Positions 48,601 to 63,600 of a stretch of 64,000 bases of DNA are shown here, piece by piece (position 1 is the first letter of the stretch; the number at the start of each line of letters is the position of its first letter). The DNA lies in the NCBI GenBank assembly GCA_963662985.1, contig OY760066.1, positions 167,801 to 231,800 of the forward strand, in the 5' to 3' direction. The notes below the pieces were generated by a model. The model searched no databases and had not been told where the DNA came from. It saw only the letters and a program-made list of their open reading frames with translations. The position numbers and the translations under genes are program-made. Source of the DNA: Anaerolineales bacterium. Lineage in GTDB: Bacteria; Chloroflexota; Anaerolineae; Anaerolineales; UBA11579.

Positions 48601-51600
48601 TGACTATACCCTGATCTGAACCAGTGAATTTAATTGCAATATCATACCCTGCGTTTACATTGTGGGTAACAATTTGAATTTGACCTTTATTGTAGACTAA
48701 CGTAGAAATATATTCTCTTGATACACAAATTCCAAGGAATCGAGAGGTACAATTGGAATCTGAAGAACTCTCAACTAAATAGCCCTTATCAGGATCAACA
48801 ACGTTCACACCAAAAATTTTAATTTGAGCAGGCTTTGGATCGAGGTCTGTCTTATAGGTAGTTGTATAGTATTGATGTGCAACGGAAAGGGCCGCTTGGC
48901 GATAATACGTACCATTTAATAATGGCTGCTTATCTAACCAAACAGTTTTAGTTTCATCTGGTGGATTTTCATCTTTTGCTAGCCAGTCAATCCCTAAAGT
49001 GGTGTTTTTAATATAGGTATCTGTTGTTTCTTTGATATATTTTTGACCGGTAACAAATCGATAGACTTGATTTGCATATACATCATAGGTGTAATTGCGA
49101 CTGCCTGATGTGGATGTGCGGCTATATTCAGTAGTGCGATATTCGCCACTATCAACATAATTGAAGTCAGTAATGGACACTTTGCCTTCCACTTCAAGGT
49201 TTGAAATATCTCGAATTTCAATATCATAATTGGTATAGTTGTTGATATTGATGGATGCATACCCATCAAGAACTTCAATCTTCCCTTCGTTGGTGTTCAT
49301 GATGCGACCTACAATTTGAACATATCCACCTTGGCTGTTGATGTTTTGAACGATAATACGTTTTGTTTCAGCATTAAACTTGACGATGAATTTTGTGTTC
49401 TTCTTTAATGTGATGATCTTATCGCCAAATCCCATATTATAGTAAGCTACTGCGAGGATCATTCTCACTTCATCGGCTGCAGTAAGATTGATTGTGTAAT
49501 CAGCAAAGCCACTGCGAACTGTTCCATTGATGTTTAGATATTGTGCACTAATGAAGATTTGACCACCTATTTCGAGGAGGCTGGTTGAAGCCACAGGATT
49601 TGTTATCGTTGATGTAGTATTGAAATACATATCAACTGGATCACCACCAATATGGGTAAATCCTTCTGTATATCCTTGGATAAAGTCACCTGATGCTACA
49701 GCAGTAAATTCACCTGCGCGGACCTTTGCCATTTCATCTGGATCATCAATTTTGACAGTCATTAGGATGCTACCTAATGATTCAATATAGACGAGACCAC
49801 GAACATTGTTGATGTCTCCTGCTACACGAACATCAGGAGCAGGTCTGGTGATGGTGGGAGAAGAGCATCCAGGATCATTACAAGAGACTGTTTCGCTTGA
49901 ACGAGTGTTTTTGATGATGACTTCTGGATCGGCTGTACCTGATGAGGTGACCATGGTGATTGTGGGGTGAGAAGAGATTATTGCACCATTTAGATAAATT
50001 ATGCCACCTAAGGTGTCAGGGATGGTGATGTTGTTGGTTGTGAGTGTGAGAAGGGTGTTGTTGATAATTTTAACTTCAACGTCTCCAGGTGCATTAAGTG
50101 AGCCAGAACCTGTCAAGTATGTGGTTTCAATATCGATTGTGCCTGCTTGTGCCCAAATGCCATCCAATTGAATAATATCAATTGATATGTCACTTTGTAA
50201 GTAGTAGGTTCCATCAGATGCTTGTTCAAGTTCAATTCCCATAGAAATAAGCTTGTTGATGATGAAATCAATTTGAGCATCAAAACCAGCGACCGCTTCA
50301 CTATCATAGGCATATTCACCTTTTAGTTTACGAAGGGTGTTGATTTGATCGACATAATTTTGTGATTGCGTTTCATTAATAACGGTATAGCCAATCTCTG
50401 AATCTGGTCCATAGACGACTGATAAGTTGCTGCTATCGTCTCCGTTAAATTCTATTGATTGATGGCGAGTGACACCAACATAAACAGCACCATTTAATTT
50501 GATTTCTTTGCTAATTTGTTCATCTGTTTCTGTTTCTTTGAATGAATAAGCAACATCATCCAAAACACCTTCATCGATGCCTTCTCCACTACTTCCTTCA
50601 AGATCAATTGCGCTACTACCTAATGAGATATAGCCTTCATCGATAATCATGGTAACATTTCCTACCGTTTCAATGAGTGCATTGGTAGGAATGTTAATGA
50701 GGTTGTCTTGAACAATTCTTGAAAGGGCAGTGAGTGATTCGGGGATAAATGCAAAAACTGTATAGTTATAAAGATCAGTGACTGCATAGATGGTGTAGGC
50801 ACTCTTATCAGTGTATGAACCTTTACGTCCAATTTGCAAATTGACATCATTTTGAGAATAAAGGTGGGCGCCAGAGGCTAGATTGATTTGATTTTTGATG
50901 TTGACTACGGACATGGTGGTTCCATATGGAAGACCAGCAAGACCATAGGCTTTTACGTTTACATTTGTGTTAATGTTAGTTTGGAACATGTTGAAGATGC
51001 CCATATCACTAATGGAGAAAATCTCAACATCTCCAAAGTTGATGATGTTTTTGGAAGGATTACTGTAGTCATCTTCATCTCCATCATTGACACCAACTAA
51101 GATCTTTGAGATGCCTTCAGGGAATGGCAAAGCTCCACCTGCATCTAAACGGACGCTGTCATAGGTGTTGAACACTTGTTTGACCATGAAGGTCATTTCG
51201 CGTTCGATATTATCAAAACGATCTCCAAATTGAGCGATATCTGCACCATCTCGGACAAAAATCTGGACATCATTGTCAATTTCTGTGATGCTGTCGCTTG
51301 TGAATAAATCCAAAAGACCAACAGAGACGGCATCCATATTGTAACCATCTTCAAGCTCAGGTTTGTTGGTGTACGCAATCGCTTCCACTGTGATACGGTT
51401 CGCGCGAAGGGTTAGGTCGCCAAGATCTGCGTAGATGGTGGCGTCAATCTTGTTGAGATTCTTTGAGCCACCAAAATCTGCAAGGGAAACGCTTACGGAG
51501 TCTGTTGAGGCATTGAATGCATCTGTGTGTTGAGCATAGAAATTAAAATCGTTTGAAGTAATTTCAACTTGATTGCCTGAGGCGATATTCGCTTTGGTTG

Positions 51601-54600
51601 TGCTGGTTGAATTTGTGTTTGCTTTGGCAGCAGCCATTGTCTCAAGTAAACTTCCTCGCCCTGCGACTGAGTGCGCAATGTTGACATCGATTCCGTTGGC
51701 TTGCATTTCCACGGAGTTTGCAATCAATTTCAAATCGCCAAGTACTTTCATCTTGGTTTGGTTATCTGCATTTGCTGTGGCTATGTTTGAACCAAGCGCG
51801 ACGGCTGTGACTGTGATACCAAAGGCTTCTGCGTTTTGATAAGATTCTGTGTGGGCAATAACTTTGAAAGCATTGGAAACGATGATGTCAATGCCATCTT
51901 TCAAAATAGCTTCGATTGTGGCGGTGCTGCTTGCTTCACTTTCTGAAGCGAGGACACCAACTAAGTTGCCACCAGATGTTGAAGCAGATGCTTTTGCATT
52001 TGGCGTGTTGTTTTCGATCCATGTTTGAGAACCAAGTTCGTTGGTTGTGTCCATTTCGTCCACAAAGGTTTGTTGTGCTTTAAGTGTGAAGTTACCAAGA
52101 TTTCCATCAATTCGTTTTATTTGAATATCATTAAATGTACCGACTTGGAGGGTTCCTTTACTTGTAAGATAAAGGGTAAGTCCGTCTGCAGACATTGAAT
52201 CTATGATCCAATAACCTTCTTGGCCGGAAATTTCAATTGTATCCCCTTTGGTAAAACCGTCTACTATCCAACTACCGCTATCTCTTGTGATGGTGTCTTT
52301 TGAATCTACTAGCAATTCAATTGTGATCGTGCCAGAAGTTAATCGATCCATAAAGGTTGAATAATCATCTACTGTCATTTCTAAGCCATCATCTGAGATT
52401 GAGTATACTTCGTAGTATTGATAACCAGAGATGCCAATGCCAGAAATGCGGATTTTGCTACCTTCTGTGAAACCATCGTCAAACCATGAACCTGATGTTC
52501 TTTGGAGAATGTCAAAGGCATAGAATTGGAAAGTGCCCAATGTAAAGAGCAATGGTCCATCTACATAATTGAAAGTATCTGTGATGGTGGAGATGACCAT
52601 GATGGTGTTGGGATTGTTAGCAAAAACAAGTTGTGGATTTTGAGTGAGAAAGGCTCCAAAGCGAATGATGACATCTTCACCAATCCAGGCTTTAATTTCA
52701 GGTTCTGAAACGGCATAGGCAAATGAAAGACCTACGGAAAGCAACCCGGCAGAAATGCCATCAGCGGTCGCTTCTACATAGGGGGTGCCATTGGCTTCGA
52801 CTATAAATTCAACATCTTCTTTCCAGTAAATTTCGCTAAAATCTCCAATATAAGCATATGTGGTTGATGTGCCTTTGGCATCAGAGAGAGAACCACCACC
52901 GGCAACAATTCCACCAGCACCAGAAATGGTGTGGGCAATGGCGCGATCTGTGGTGTGGGCGTAGATATTTACTGTATCGACTTGATCTTCTGCATTGGTA
53001 TCGTAATCTCTTAATTCACCAGAGAAGTAGACCGTGTTAGTCGCTTCACTGGTGGCATTGGCTGTGCTTCCTCCCATGCCAGCAACACCAACGGCGATGC
53101 CATTTGCATCTGCATAGGTATAGACATAGGCATCACTGCTAATTTCAAGATTAGTACCGATGTTGAAAGTACCTGTTCCGTACGTATCAATAGTGGGTTT
53201 GTTGGTGGCATCTGATTCGGCACCATTGCCAGAAAGGATACCTCCACCAACTGCATCTGAGAAGGCTTTGGCGCCTTCTTCAATGGGATCCCCTGCATCA
53301 TCAAGGCTGTATTTTGTGCTGATAATCAACTCATCTGAATAGACAAGGCAGTTATATAAGAATGTATCAATATCAAAGTATACGTTTGTTGTTGCTACGG
53401 AGACACCAACACCTATGCCGGCTACGGTCACACCAGTGACATCTGCTTTGGCAGCAGGGTCTACATTAGCAATAATTTTGCTGCTACCAGAGGCATATAT
53501 GGAAGAGTTCTTGATAAAAGTTTTGACAATATAATTCTCGGTATCTGAACCGATGGAGGCTGTTGCTACACTCACTCCGACTGCGGCAACTGCCCCTGAA
53601 GCATTGGTGACGTTGCTGTTGGCAGCAAGATTGAGGTTGCTAGCAACATTGAGATTGTTTGTATAAATAAGGCTATCTTCAATACCTGTTTTGACAGAAC
53701 CTTTGATTTTTACAATTGTGGTTGTGACACCAACGGCTACACCACCAATGGTGACGCCAACACCTGTGACAGTGAGATCTGTGTCGACATTGCTGATAAC
53801 ATTTACATTATTATCGAAGTTGACCCAATCAATATTGTAGATTGTGCCTTTGAAACCACTCACAATTTCGGCTGTATCTTTGATATATGCTACAAGAACA
53901 CCCACTGAAATGGCTGCACCTGTGACACCCACAACATCTACATCTTGCGTGGCAGTGAGATCTGCTTGAATGGTGAAATCACCATTAAGTGAGATTGTGG
54001 CATCATTCATTGCAAATGCTTTTACAGTAGGTCTGTTGAGGATGACACCAACTATAGCGCCAGCTCCAATGGGCCCAATGTTTACGCTAACGTTTGGAAT
54101 AACTGCATCAATGGTTGATGTGAGTATGGCATTGACGAGAACATCTCCCGTAACTGTGATGGTTGAAAATACAGATGTATCAGAATCGTCGATATATGCC
54201 ATTACCGTAGAACTGTTATCAACTACTACAATGACACCTGAAGCCACAACAAGTGAGAAAGCACCTGCTGAAACTGCAATACTATTGGTTGTGATGTTTG
54301 TGGTTTCGTTGGCAATGATGCTTAATCCGCCAACAGTTTTTGTTGGATCTTGTCCAATAGAAACGTTATGAGCGAATGCTAAGGTTTCACCTTGAATGAC
54401 CGCTACTGTTACAGAAACGCCATAGTTACTTCCGGCTGGTAAGGCGGAAAGATTTGTGGATAATACTTGGATATTAATATCACGATTTGTGATGGCATTG
54501 ATCAATACTTGATCGCCTGCTTGGCGAATTTTTGCATGGTCACGAATATAAGCATGAGTCATTGCTTTGTCTACTGTGACGGCAACTTGCGCAGAATTTG

Positions 54601-57600
54601 TTGCAAGACCTGCGGTAATACCATAGGTTTGGATGGTTGTAATTTCATCAAATTGAGCAATTACGTCGACTGAACCATTATTTGCACCTGCTTCTACAAT
54701 GGCATAAGAACCAATATAGGCTTCGGTTTTGCTACCAATTACACTAACTGTGATGCCTGCCCCACCTGCGCCAGCACCAGCTGCTACTGCACCTGTGATG
54801 GATTTGAAGTTTAAGCGATCATGTGCTTTGACGATTACATTTCCATCGGGACCGTCAATGATGATGGCTGCATTATTGGCGATATAGGCTGTGGTGATAC
54901 ATTCTGTGCCTTCCCCTTGTGCATCCAAGGCGTCAGCAACCATTGTGGTTTCCTCTGGGTCACCTTCTTTTGAAGCACCGTCAAAGTTATCATAAACACC
55001 ATTGTTGGCATCGTTGATCGCTTTGATTCGATTATTTTGAGTTCCGTTTGAGCCATCCCCTAAGGCATTGAAAGTTTGAGAGCTAGATAAGATTTCATTT
55101 GTACCATTGGATGTTACACCAACAGAAGCATCAAATTTATCACCGTTTTCTCCATCATTGAGAGGATCTTCATTTACTGAACCAAATTTATCTTCTTCGT
55201 CAACATCATCAGAATATTCAACATCATCGTCACTTACATCGTAGGATGAATCAAATTCTCCACCAATGACCCAAACTGATAATGAACCAGCGATTCCTAC
55301 TAAACCGCCACCTAAACTAACTGGTAAGGAGAAGATATCTTTGTTGTTTAAGGCAATCACTTTGACGTCGCTCTTGGCATAAACAATTGCGTGTTGTCCA
55401 ATAAATGCAATGGCGTCATTACGAATAACACCTACGTCAATGGCTGCACCAACACCAACCAAACCACCTGCAATACCACCTGCAAAAATGAAGATATCTG
55501 TGTTGTTGAAAGCGATGACAGAGACTGCTTGACGTGAATCTACATTGCTTCGATCTTGGTTGATCTTTGCATATTCACCAATATAGGCACGAGCACTAGA
55601 ATCAAAGACTTCCACTGAAACAGCGCCACCTAAACCAAAATAGAGACCAAAACTGCCGGATACGGTAACACCAATCATTTTTTCTTTATTGGTGGCTTGA
55701 ACGATAACGCCATGGAAATCATCCATTGTGGCAACCACACCGTTTTCGTCCATGCTGCCTTGATAGACACCATTTAATCCAGCATTTTGTCCTTTGGCGT
55801 TCACTATTGAATATGGGCCAATAAATGCGCGAACATCATTGCTGAATACTTTCGTAGAGACGCTGGCACCTACACCAACTTGTCCACCGCCAAAACCACC
55901 TGCGACGGAAACTAAGAAGGTTTCGTGTTCAGCATTTACATAGACATTGCCATTGGCAAAAACTGTAGCGCCTTGAGTATCGGTTTGATCTTCGTCCCCA
56001 ATATATGCCCAAACATCACTGGTGAGAACTAAGACAGAGAAGGAGGCATCTACGCCAACAACACCAGCTCCAGAAACACCAGCTGTAACGGTGACGATGA
56101 ATTCTTTGCTGATTGCATCAACTAGAACATCTTGTTTTGCATTGACTGTGGCCCCATCATTAATATAGGCTTTGACTTCACTGGTGATGACATTAACATC
56201 CCCATGAGGAGTAACGGACACTACACCAGAACCTGCTATGGCGACAGTGACGCCGATGTGGAAAAGATCTTGTGCGGCTATAACGATGACATTTTGGTTA
56301 TTGCCAATTGTGCAAGTTGTACATGTGTTAACTTTCGCACCTTGATCAATATAAGCTTTGACCTCGCCAACATTGACATTGACCGCACCGCTTACGTTTA
56401 CGGCAACTGTGCCGGCACCACCGACTGAGAATCCGATGGTGATGAGTTTTTCTTGATTGATGGCTGTGATTGCCAAACCGTGAATCGTGGTTGTTTCAAC
56501 TTGAGAAGCACGTTCGCTGTTGAGCATGTTGGAGAAATCTTGTTCTGAACCAGAATCAAGATCTGATTCTCCATCATTGTTGACATCATCTGAGACTGCA
56601 GAAAGACCAGGAATTTGATAACCTGTGCCGGGATCTTCTACGGTACCGTCCCAAATCATGTGTTCTGCGCCAGTGGCAAGAGTGGGATCAAGGGTGATAG
56701 CGATTCCATTTTGAGCTGCTGTTTTTCGATCTGCTAACATAAAGGTATTAGCATCAATCTTGATGATGTAATATGAAGCACCTTCTTCGAGGCCACCAAT
56801 TACATCTCCACCACCACTGCTATAAGTGACAGAATCACCGGTGTTGAAACCGTGATCTTGTAAGGTAATCTTGTTATCAACTACATCTGATGAAGGATTA
56901 ATTGAGGTTGGTTTTACTGTAATACCGTAGGCGATTTCAACCTTGTGCGTGTCGCCTGTGGCTTGATTTTTGTCTAAAGTAATTGCATTGCCTGCAATGG
57001 CATTTTCATAGGTGAGTGCCAAGCGGAAAGTATCATCGGATTCTTTGATGATGTAATAGGCTTGACCAGTGTTGAGGCCACCAATGCTTGCTAAATTCAA
57101 GCGATCTTTATATTCTTGATCGGTTTCATCATCTTCTTGTTCAAGATCGTTACAGTTGTTATAAATCACTTGATCGCCAGTTTCATACCCATGATCTTGT
57201 AATGTGATGATATCACCTGAGATATTTGCTGGGTTGAAATCTGTGTTGGGTTTGGCGGCCCATGAAATATTGAAATTGCCTGTGGGAGCGGTGAGACCAT
57301 TTCCGTTGGAAAGTGCGTCGATGGTTACATTATCATCTACATATGAAGTAACATGTTTGACAATAGAAGAAACTTGGACATCTCCACCAACGGCGACTAC
57401 ACCTGCCCCATTGGCTGTGCCAACGATAATCAAGGCAAACATGTCATCGACAGCTGAAATCAAAATGCTGTCGTTTGCCATAATCACAGAAGTGCTACCG
57501 GTGATATAAGCATGAGTGTTGATGACTAGAACGTATACTGCGGCAACACCTGAAACGGCGACTGTGCCTGCACCACCACCTGCGGCTGAAATGGAAATGA

Positions 57601-60600
57601 TTTGTACTGTGGCAAGTGATTGAACAATGATATCGTCTTGTGCGTATACATAAGAAGAATCAATGTATGCTAAAGTTGATTTTGTGAGAGATCCAACGTC
57701 AATACCTACGCCAACCGCAACTGTGCCAGCGCCATTGATGGCACCTGCAACACCCCAGATGACTGTGTCGTTAATTGCTCTGACGATAACTGACTGGTCA
57801 GGATCTGCATCAGTGTCGTCTTGATTCACTGATGCATCTTTAATAAATGCTTCGGTATCCTCCACGAGGACATTGACACTACCTGAAACATTGACAGCGA
57901 CTGTGCCTGCGCCTCCTCCACCGACAGCAAATGAACGGACTTGTTCGTTGGTGTGTGCTACGACAGCAACACCTTGGAATTGGCTGTCACTTCGATCCGC
58001 ACCGCGAATTTTAGATGTGCCTTTCTTTCCGCTTGCTTTAACTTTGACACCTTCAATATAAGCGTAGGTGTGATTGTTGGTGACTAATGCGTTGACTGAG
58101 ACACCTACGGCGACTGTGCCAGCCCCATTTGCAACACCTGCAATGAACAAAAGGAAGATGGCATCTTTTGCAGATATACCAACGTTTCCTACGGCATCAA
58201 TGATGTGGTCATAGTCACCTAAGGTTGAATTGTATCCAGTGCCTTTGATATAAGCATTGGTGTTTGTTTGAATATAGCCAACAACAACAGAACCACCAAT
58301 GGCTACGTTGCCAGCGCCTTGCCCGCCAACTGCTAAGGCAATCACTTGAGTATCGTCAATGGCGTCGACCAAGAGATGTTCGCCAATGTTCATGCTTGAA
58401 TTGAGGACATAGGCTTCGGTTCTGTTGATGATGATGTTGACACTGATGGATGCTCCGATGGCAACTTTGCCTGCACCTGCTGCATTGCCTGAAAGGGCAT
58501 GAACAGCGGTGCTTTGTTGTGCATTAACTGAAACTGTGCCAAGAGCATCGATGGTAGACTCTTCAATGGAAGCTTTGACTGAATTGAGAGTGAGATTGGC
58601 GGCGATGGCTCCTGCAATGGCTGCTTTTTCTGCGCCTGCTCCACCTGCTACGATGGATTCGATATTGCCATCTTCTTTGGCGAATACGTTGATATCACCA
58701 TCTACGTCAATTGTTGAATTAAGGATCGTGGCGGTAACATCGTTATCAAGCCAGTTGAATGCGATTGCAACTCCGAGACCTGCTGTGCCACCAATGCCAA
58801 TCGCACCAGAAATGGCAACAATCAAAGAATCGTTGAACGCATCCACTGAGAGCAAGCTATCGAGTTGGGTGTTGTTGACGATGGAATCTTTGATGCGCGC
58901 GATGGTATCTGTGAGAGTCATGGTGACGGCAACTGTGCCAGAAATTCCATATTTTTTGGAGGCAGCAACTGCACCGGCTACACTGACCAAAACACCTGTG
59001 GAATCTGAATCAACTTTCAAATGACCTTTATAAGTTAAGTCGGAATTATCAACTTCTACGATTGTATCTGAGAAGATTGAATTGAAAGCAACTCCTGCGC
59101 CCACACCAGCTGTGCCACCGTATGAAACTGCACCGGCAACCACTACCACGACTGAATGATCTATAGCTACTGCTGAGATTTCATCGGCAGTAATTTTTGC
59201 ATTCTTGATGGTGCTGTAGGTACCATTGTTGAGAATGTTGATGGAAACAGAACCCGCAAATGCAATGCCTTTTTTGGCAAAATCGCCAGCACAACCGGCT
59301 GCAACTGCGATAATCTTGCCACTGCGATTTGAGGAAAGCAATACGCCTTGGGCAAGGGTGTGATCTGTGCCATCTACGGCGCCAAGATCAATCTTGCTAC
59401 CATTAATTGCGTCAAGATAAGATGTAGCAAGTTGGAATGTGTTGGTGGAACCGTCTATTCCGATCAAGTAATAAATTTGACCATCTTCTAAACCACTAAT
59501 GTTATCTGTGGATAAATCTTGATAATAAATGAAGCTATCACCTGTGTTTTGTGCGTGATTACTATTGACAGTAATAACGTCATCGGTGATATTTGTGATC
59601 TTTAAGTTCTTCCCTGAAGATTGAACTATGTTTGAATTTTCAATTAATGTGGTTGTTTCCCCTTCCATCCAATCAAAACCAATAGCACCTGCTATGGCGG
59701 CAGATGATTTTGCTTTTGAATTTAGATTCAAGGCTGCTGCCCCTGCGATTGATATAAGTAAGGAGGGGTTATCAGCTTTGAGGGCGACATTATTGGCTAC
59801 GATTGTGCCAGCATTAATGATTTGGGCTTTGACAGTGTCGAAAAGCACATTGACTGCAATTGCACCTGAAACGGCAAATGCGTTTTTGGCTGATTTGTTT
59901 GTGGTTTGGGTTGTACCTGTGTTGCCGGAAGGATCTTCTCCTTTTTGGGCTAATTCAGTTTGTTTGAATGGTGTGGGTACTCCGCCAAAAGGTGGAATTT
60001 TCTTTGAAGATTGACCTGTGGAGTCTGTTTGGGTTTTAGATTTATCTTCTTTCTTTTCAGTAACGATGGCACCTGCCAAAGAAACACTCAAAACAAAACC
60101 ACTGTTTTGTGCGTTTAAGTTGACATTATCACTTCCGTTGATGACTTTGATTAATGGATCTGTTTGTACATCTCCAGAAATTGAAACAACGCCAGAGGCG
60201 GTTTGAATGGAAGTGAGTTCATTGAGGGCTGCTTGAATCTCGTCTGCAGAAGCGTTCCAAGCTAATGGACGGGTTGTTTGACCATTAAAAGTGAGTGTAA
60301 AGGCACCTTGTTTTGAAGTGCCAATTACATTTAGCTCTTCGTGTTGAGTGCTACCATTCCCATCTTGATCTACTGTTACGATCGGAGTCGCTAAGTAGGA
60401 TTCGACTGAGCGAATATAGAAAGTATCTTGATCACCATAGGTGGTGAAGGTGATGATAATTTCTCGTGTACCATCTGCAAGGTAGTTTGAAACTACGGTG
60501 ATGTCATCAATCTCTTCAAACTTTTCTAATTCGGCTTCAATGGTAGCATCGTCCACATCAAACATCAATGGGGCTGTGGTGAGATTTTGATCTGCTCCAA

Positions 60601-63600
60601 AAATGATAACAAATGCCCCTTCTGTGGTGTCACCACTAATGGATAATTTTTGTTCTTCATAAGTGTCGCTTGCACCAAATTCAATAATGTTAAGATCTGC
60701 TTCACCATCAAAGTTGATGTCTGTGAGAATGGTCATTTCGGCTTGTTCCCCAACATTGAGGAAGGTAATCAATACGCCGTCGTCTCCAATGGTGACTTCA
60801 ACAACACCAGCACCATAAAGAGTGTCTAAAGCTGCTTGAATGATGTCAATATCGGCATCATAAGCAATCGCGACTGTGGTTCCGAGGCCTTCTACTGAAA
60901 TTTGATAGGTTCCTTGAGTTGCACCAGAAATGTCTAGAACAACTTGTTCTTCAATTGCATCAGCACCTTCAACGGTGGTTTCGCTAGTTACTGTCCCATT
61001 AATCTCGGGGACTACTGAGGCGGTGATGTTGCCTTGGTCGTCTGTATTGTTAAAGTAGACTTCCCAAACGTTTGTACTGCCATCGTCTTCACTACCAATC
61101 AAAGCAAGTGTTTCGCGATTGACAATATTGACACCAATTGTGGCACCAACACCAACACTATTGCTGGCAATCACGCCACCGGCAATGTTGATTAATGACA
61201 AGTGATCGTTGGCGACTACTGCTACGTCTCCACTGCCTGTGATTTTGGCTGTGCCAGAAATCTTTGCGATGGTTTTGTTATTCAACACAACTACAGGAAT
61301 TGTGGCAGAAATCGCTAATTTTTCACTCTTTGCACCGGATTCGGTGAGGATTAAGTAGAAGTTTTCTTGGTTTGCAATTACTTCTAATTTTCCATCTGCT
61401 CCAATATGAACTTGAGCACCGGCATCGATGGTGGCATAGGCAGAATTTTTAATGACCGCTACAAAAATGGCACCACCTAAGCCTAAGGATTTGCCTTCCA
61501 CCCCAATTGGTGTGATCCAGTTAAGGGGGTTAAGTTTATCTTTGGCCTTCTTGAGTTTATTGATGTAACTATCGATAATACCATTTCCACCTGCTGATGG
61601 GACTGGTTGAAGATCAATATTAAAGTTCCCTGTTACGTTCATTAAGTTAGCAACGATATTGGAAGTGACTCTAACACTTTGGGTAACTTTTTGATAATTG
61701 GTGTCTTGATTGATATAAGCAGCTGCGCCGATATTGGAGTAAGCTTTTGAATCTAAGACTAAGGCATTAATCGTGCCTGTAATGGCGTATTTAGGGGCTG
61801 AACCGCTCACTCGGCTGTGAGACCATGTATGGAATAATTTGCCTTGCAAGCCTAATGTGCCGTCTAATTTTCCACTGATATCATCTACAATTGTCATTAC
61901 ATCGCCAGCTTCATCAAATTCTAAAAAGTCTCCGGCGTCTAATAAGGAGTACCAATCGAGAGGATGGGTAATGAAGGGGTAAACAATCTCTGAGCTAACT
62001 GCTAGATCACGGGATGCATCTACATGGCTCATTGGTTCAATTAATGCTTGTACAGTTGTTTTGATGACATTGACAGTGAGTGAGACACTACCGGCAAAAT
62101 TCAATTGGTTTTCGTTCTCTTCGGGAATGTCAGAAGTTGCGCTGGCAAATGATTGGAAAAGAATTACTGCGTCTGCTTTGACATCAATATCTTGTCCAGA
62201 TTTCAAAATGGCAGATGTCCCCACTTTTGCGTTAACATTGCTAACTGCGATGGTGATGGCAGGTGCTCCGGTGATGGAGAACTTCACATCTTTCTTTGTT
62301 TTTTGTTGGACTTCTTCTGTCTTTTTATCGCTTACACCAAAAATTGCTTCTTTAATCTTGGTGATGCCCTCTCCTAATAATAACTTTGTGATGGAAAGGC
62401 CATCATTCATAATCACACCCGTAAGTGCGCCTTTTAAGTTTGCAAAAATGGTGTCGTTGGTGCCAATACCTGCAAATGAAGAGTTGCTTAGGTTGGCATC
62501 TAAATGAGCGGTGATTCCAATACCGTTGGTTAATCCTCGATCAAGATAATGAGAGTCTAAGTTGGCTACAGGAGCGCTAACATCAATAGGGCCAACATTG
62601 GATGCATCTTCATTTTTAGTGAGCATGAAGTTATTGTCGTCAATTTTGACTACGTAATAAAGATCACCATTCTCTAAACCTGAGATGGCTGGATCCATTA
62701 CTTCAACGATAATTGTTCTAGAGAAATAATCATCGCCTGTTCCTAAGGTAGTGAAATCAACCGGAGTGCCGGTGTTGTTGAGGGCATCATCTTGATTTGT
62801 ATAGAGCCAAATCTCCTGCGTGTTTTCATCTGCAACTCTGACATAATAGGCTGTGCCGTCTGTGAGACCGCCAATGAGATCTCCTACATTGTGATAGATC
62901 AATTCATCACCATTTGCTAAATTCAAGAAAAGAATGGTGAGTTTGTTATCAGTTAAGTTGATTTGATCTGTTGTTGCTTGAATTGTGTAGTTTTGATTGA
63001 TGGTTTGTTGAAGGGTTGTTTGCCCTGTTTTATATACAACGGAATCACCTGTTTCAAATCCATGATTTGCGATAGTGAAAATATCTGTTTCTGAATTTAC
63101 ATTGGCATTATCTGCTGCTTCAAAGAGTACTCCGTTGTCTACATCTACATAGGAGAAGCCGTGGGTATATTTTGTGTATTCATCATAGGCTAAATTTGCG
63201 TAATCCGGTACTGCAACTGGGGCTGCTTGCCAGGTGGGATCACTATCTAAGTTGAGTGCTTGGGATAAATATTCAGCCAATTGGAATGTGTCTGCATCAA
63301 TGAGAATTACATAGTAGCTTTTGTAGTCTTCAAGACCAGGAATAGGGTAGCTACCTAAAGCTGAATAGGTTACTTCTTCACCGTTATCAAAACCATGTGC
63401 ATCAATATTAAATGTAATTTGGCCTTGTTTAGAAATATCTGAAGAGCCGTCGTTGATTGAGACAATACCAAAATCTGTGGCATCATTGGGATTCACTTGT
63501 CCATCATAGCCGGGATTAAATTGAATGACTGCGATGGGAGCGATGACATGGTTGCTGCCTGGTTGTGCACCTGAATTATCAATGTCGATGGCAGTTTCAC

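Noticed and set aside
43215-62507. Dozens of short plus-strand ORFs inside the giant gene (e.g. 53970..54371, 58509..59024, 62061..62507)
   Set aside because: They are antisense to a continuous 21-kb frame with coherent repeat architecture. Their Ala/Pro/Thr-rich translations mirror the Gly/Ala/Val codons on the coding strand.
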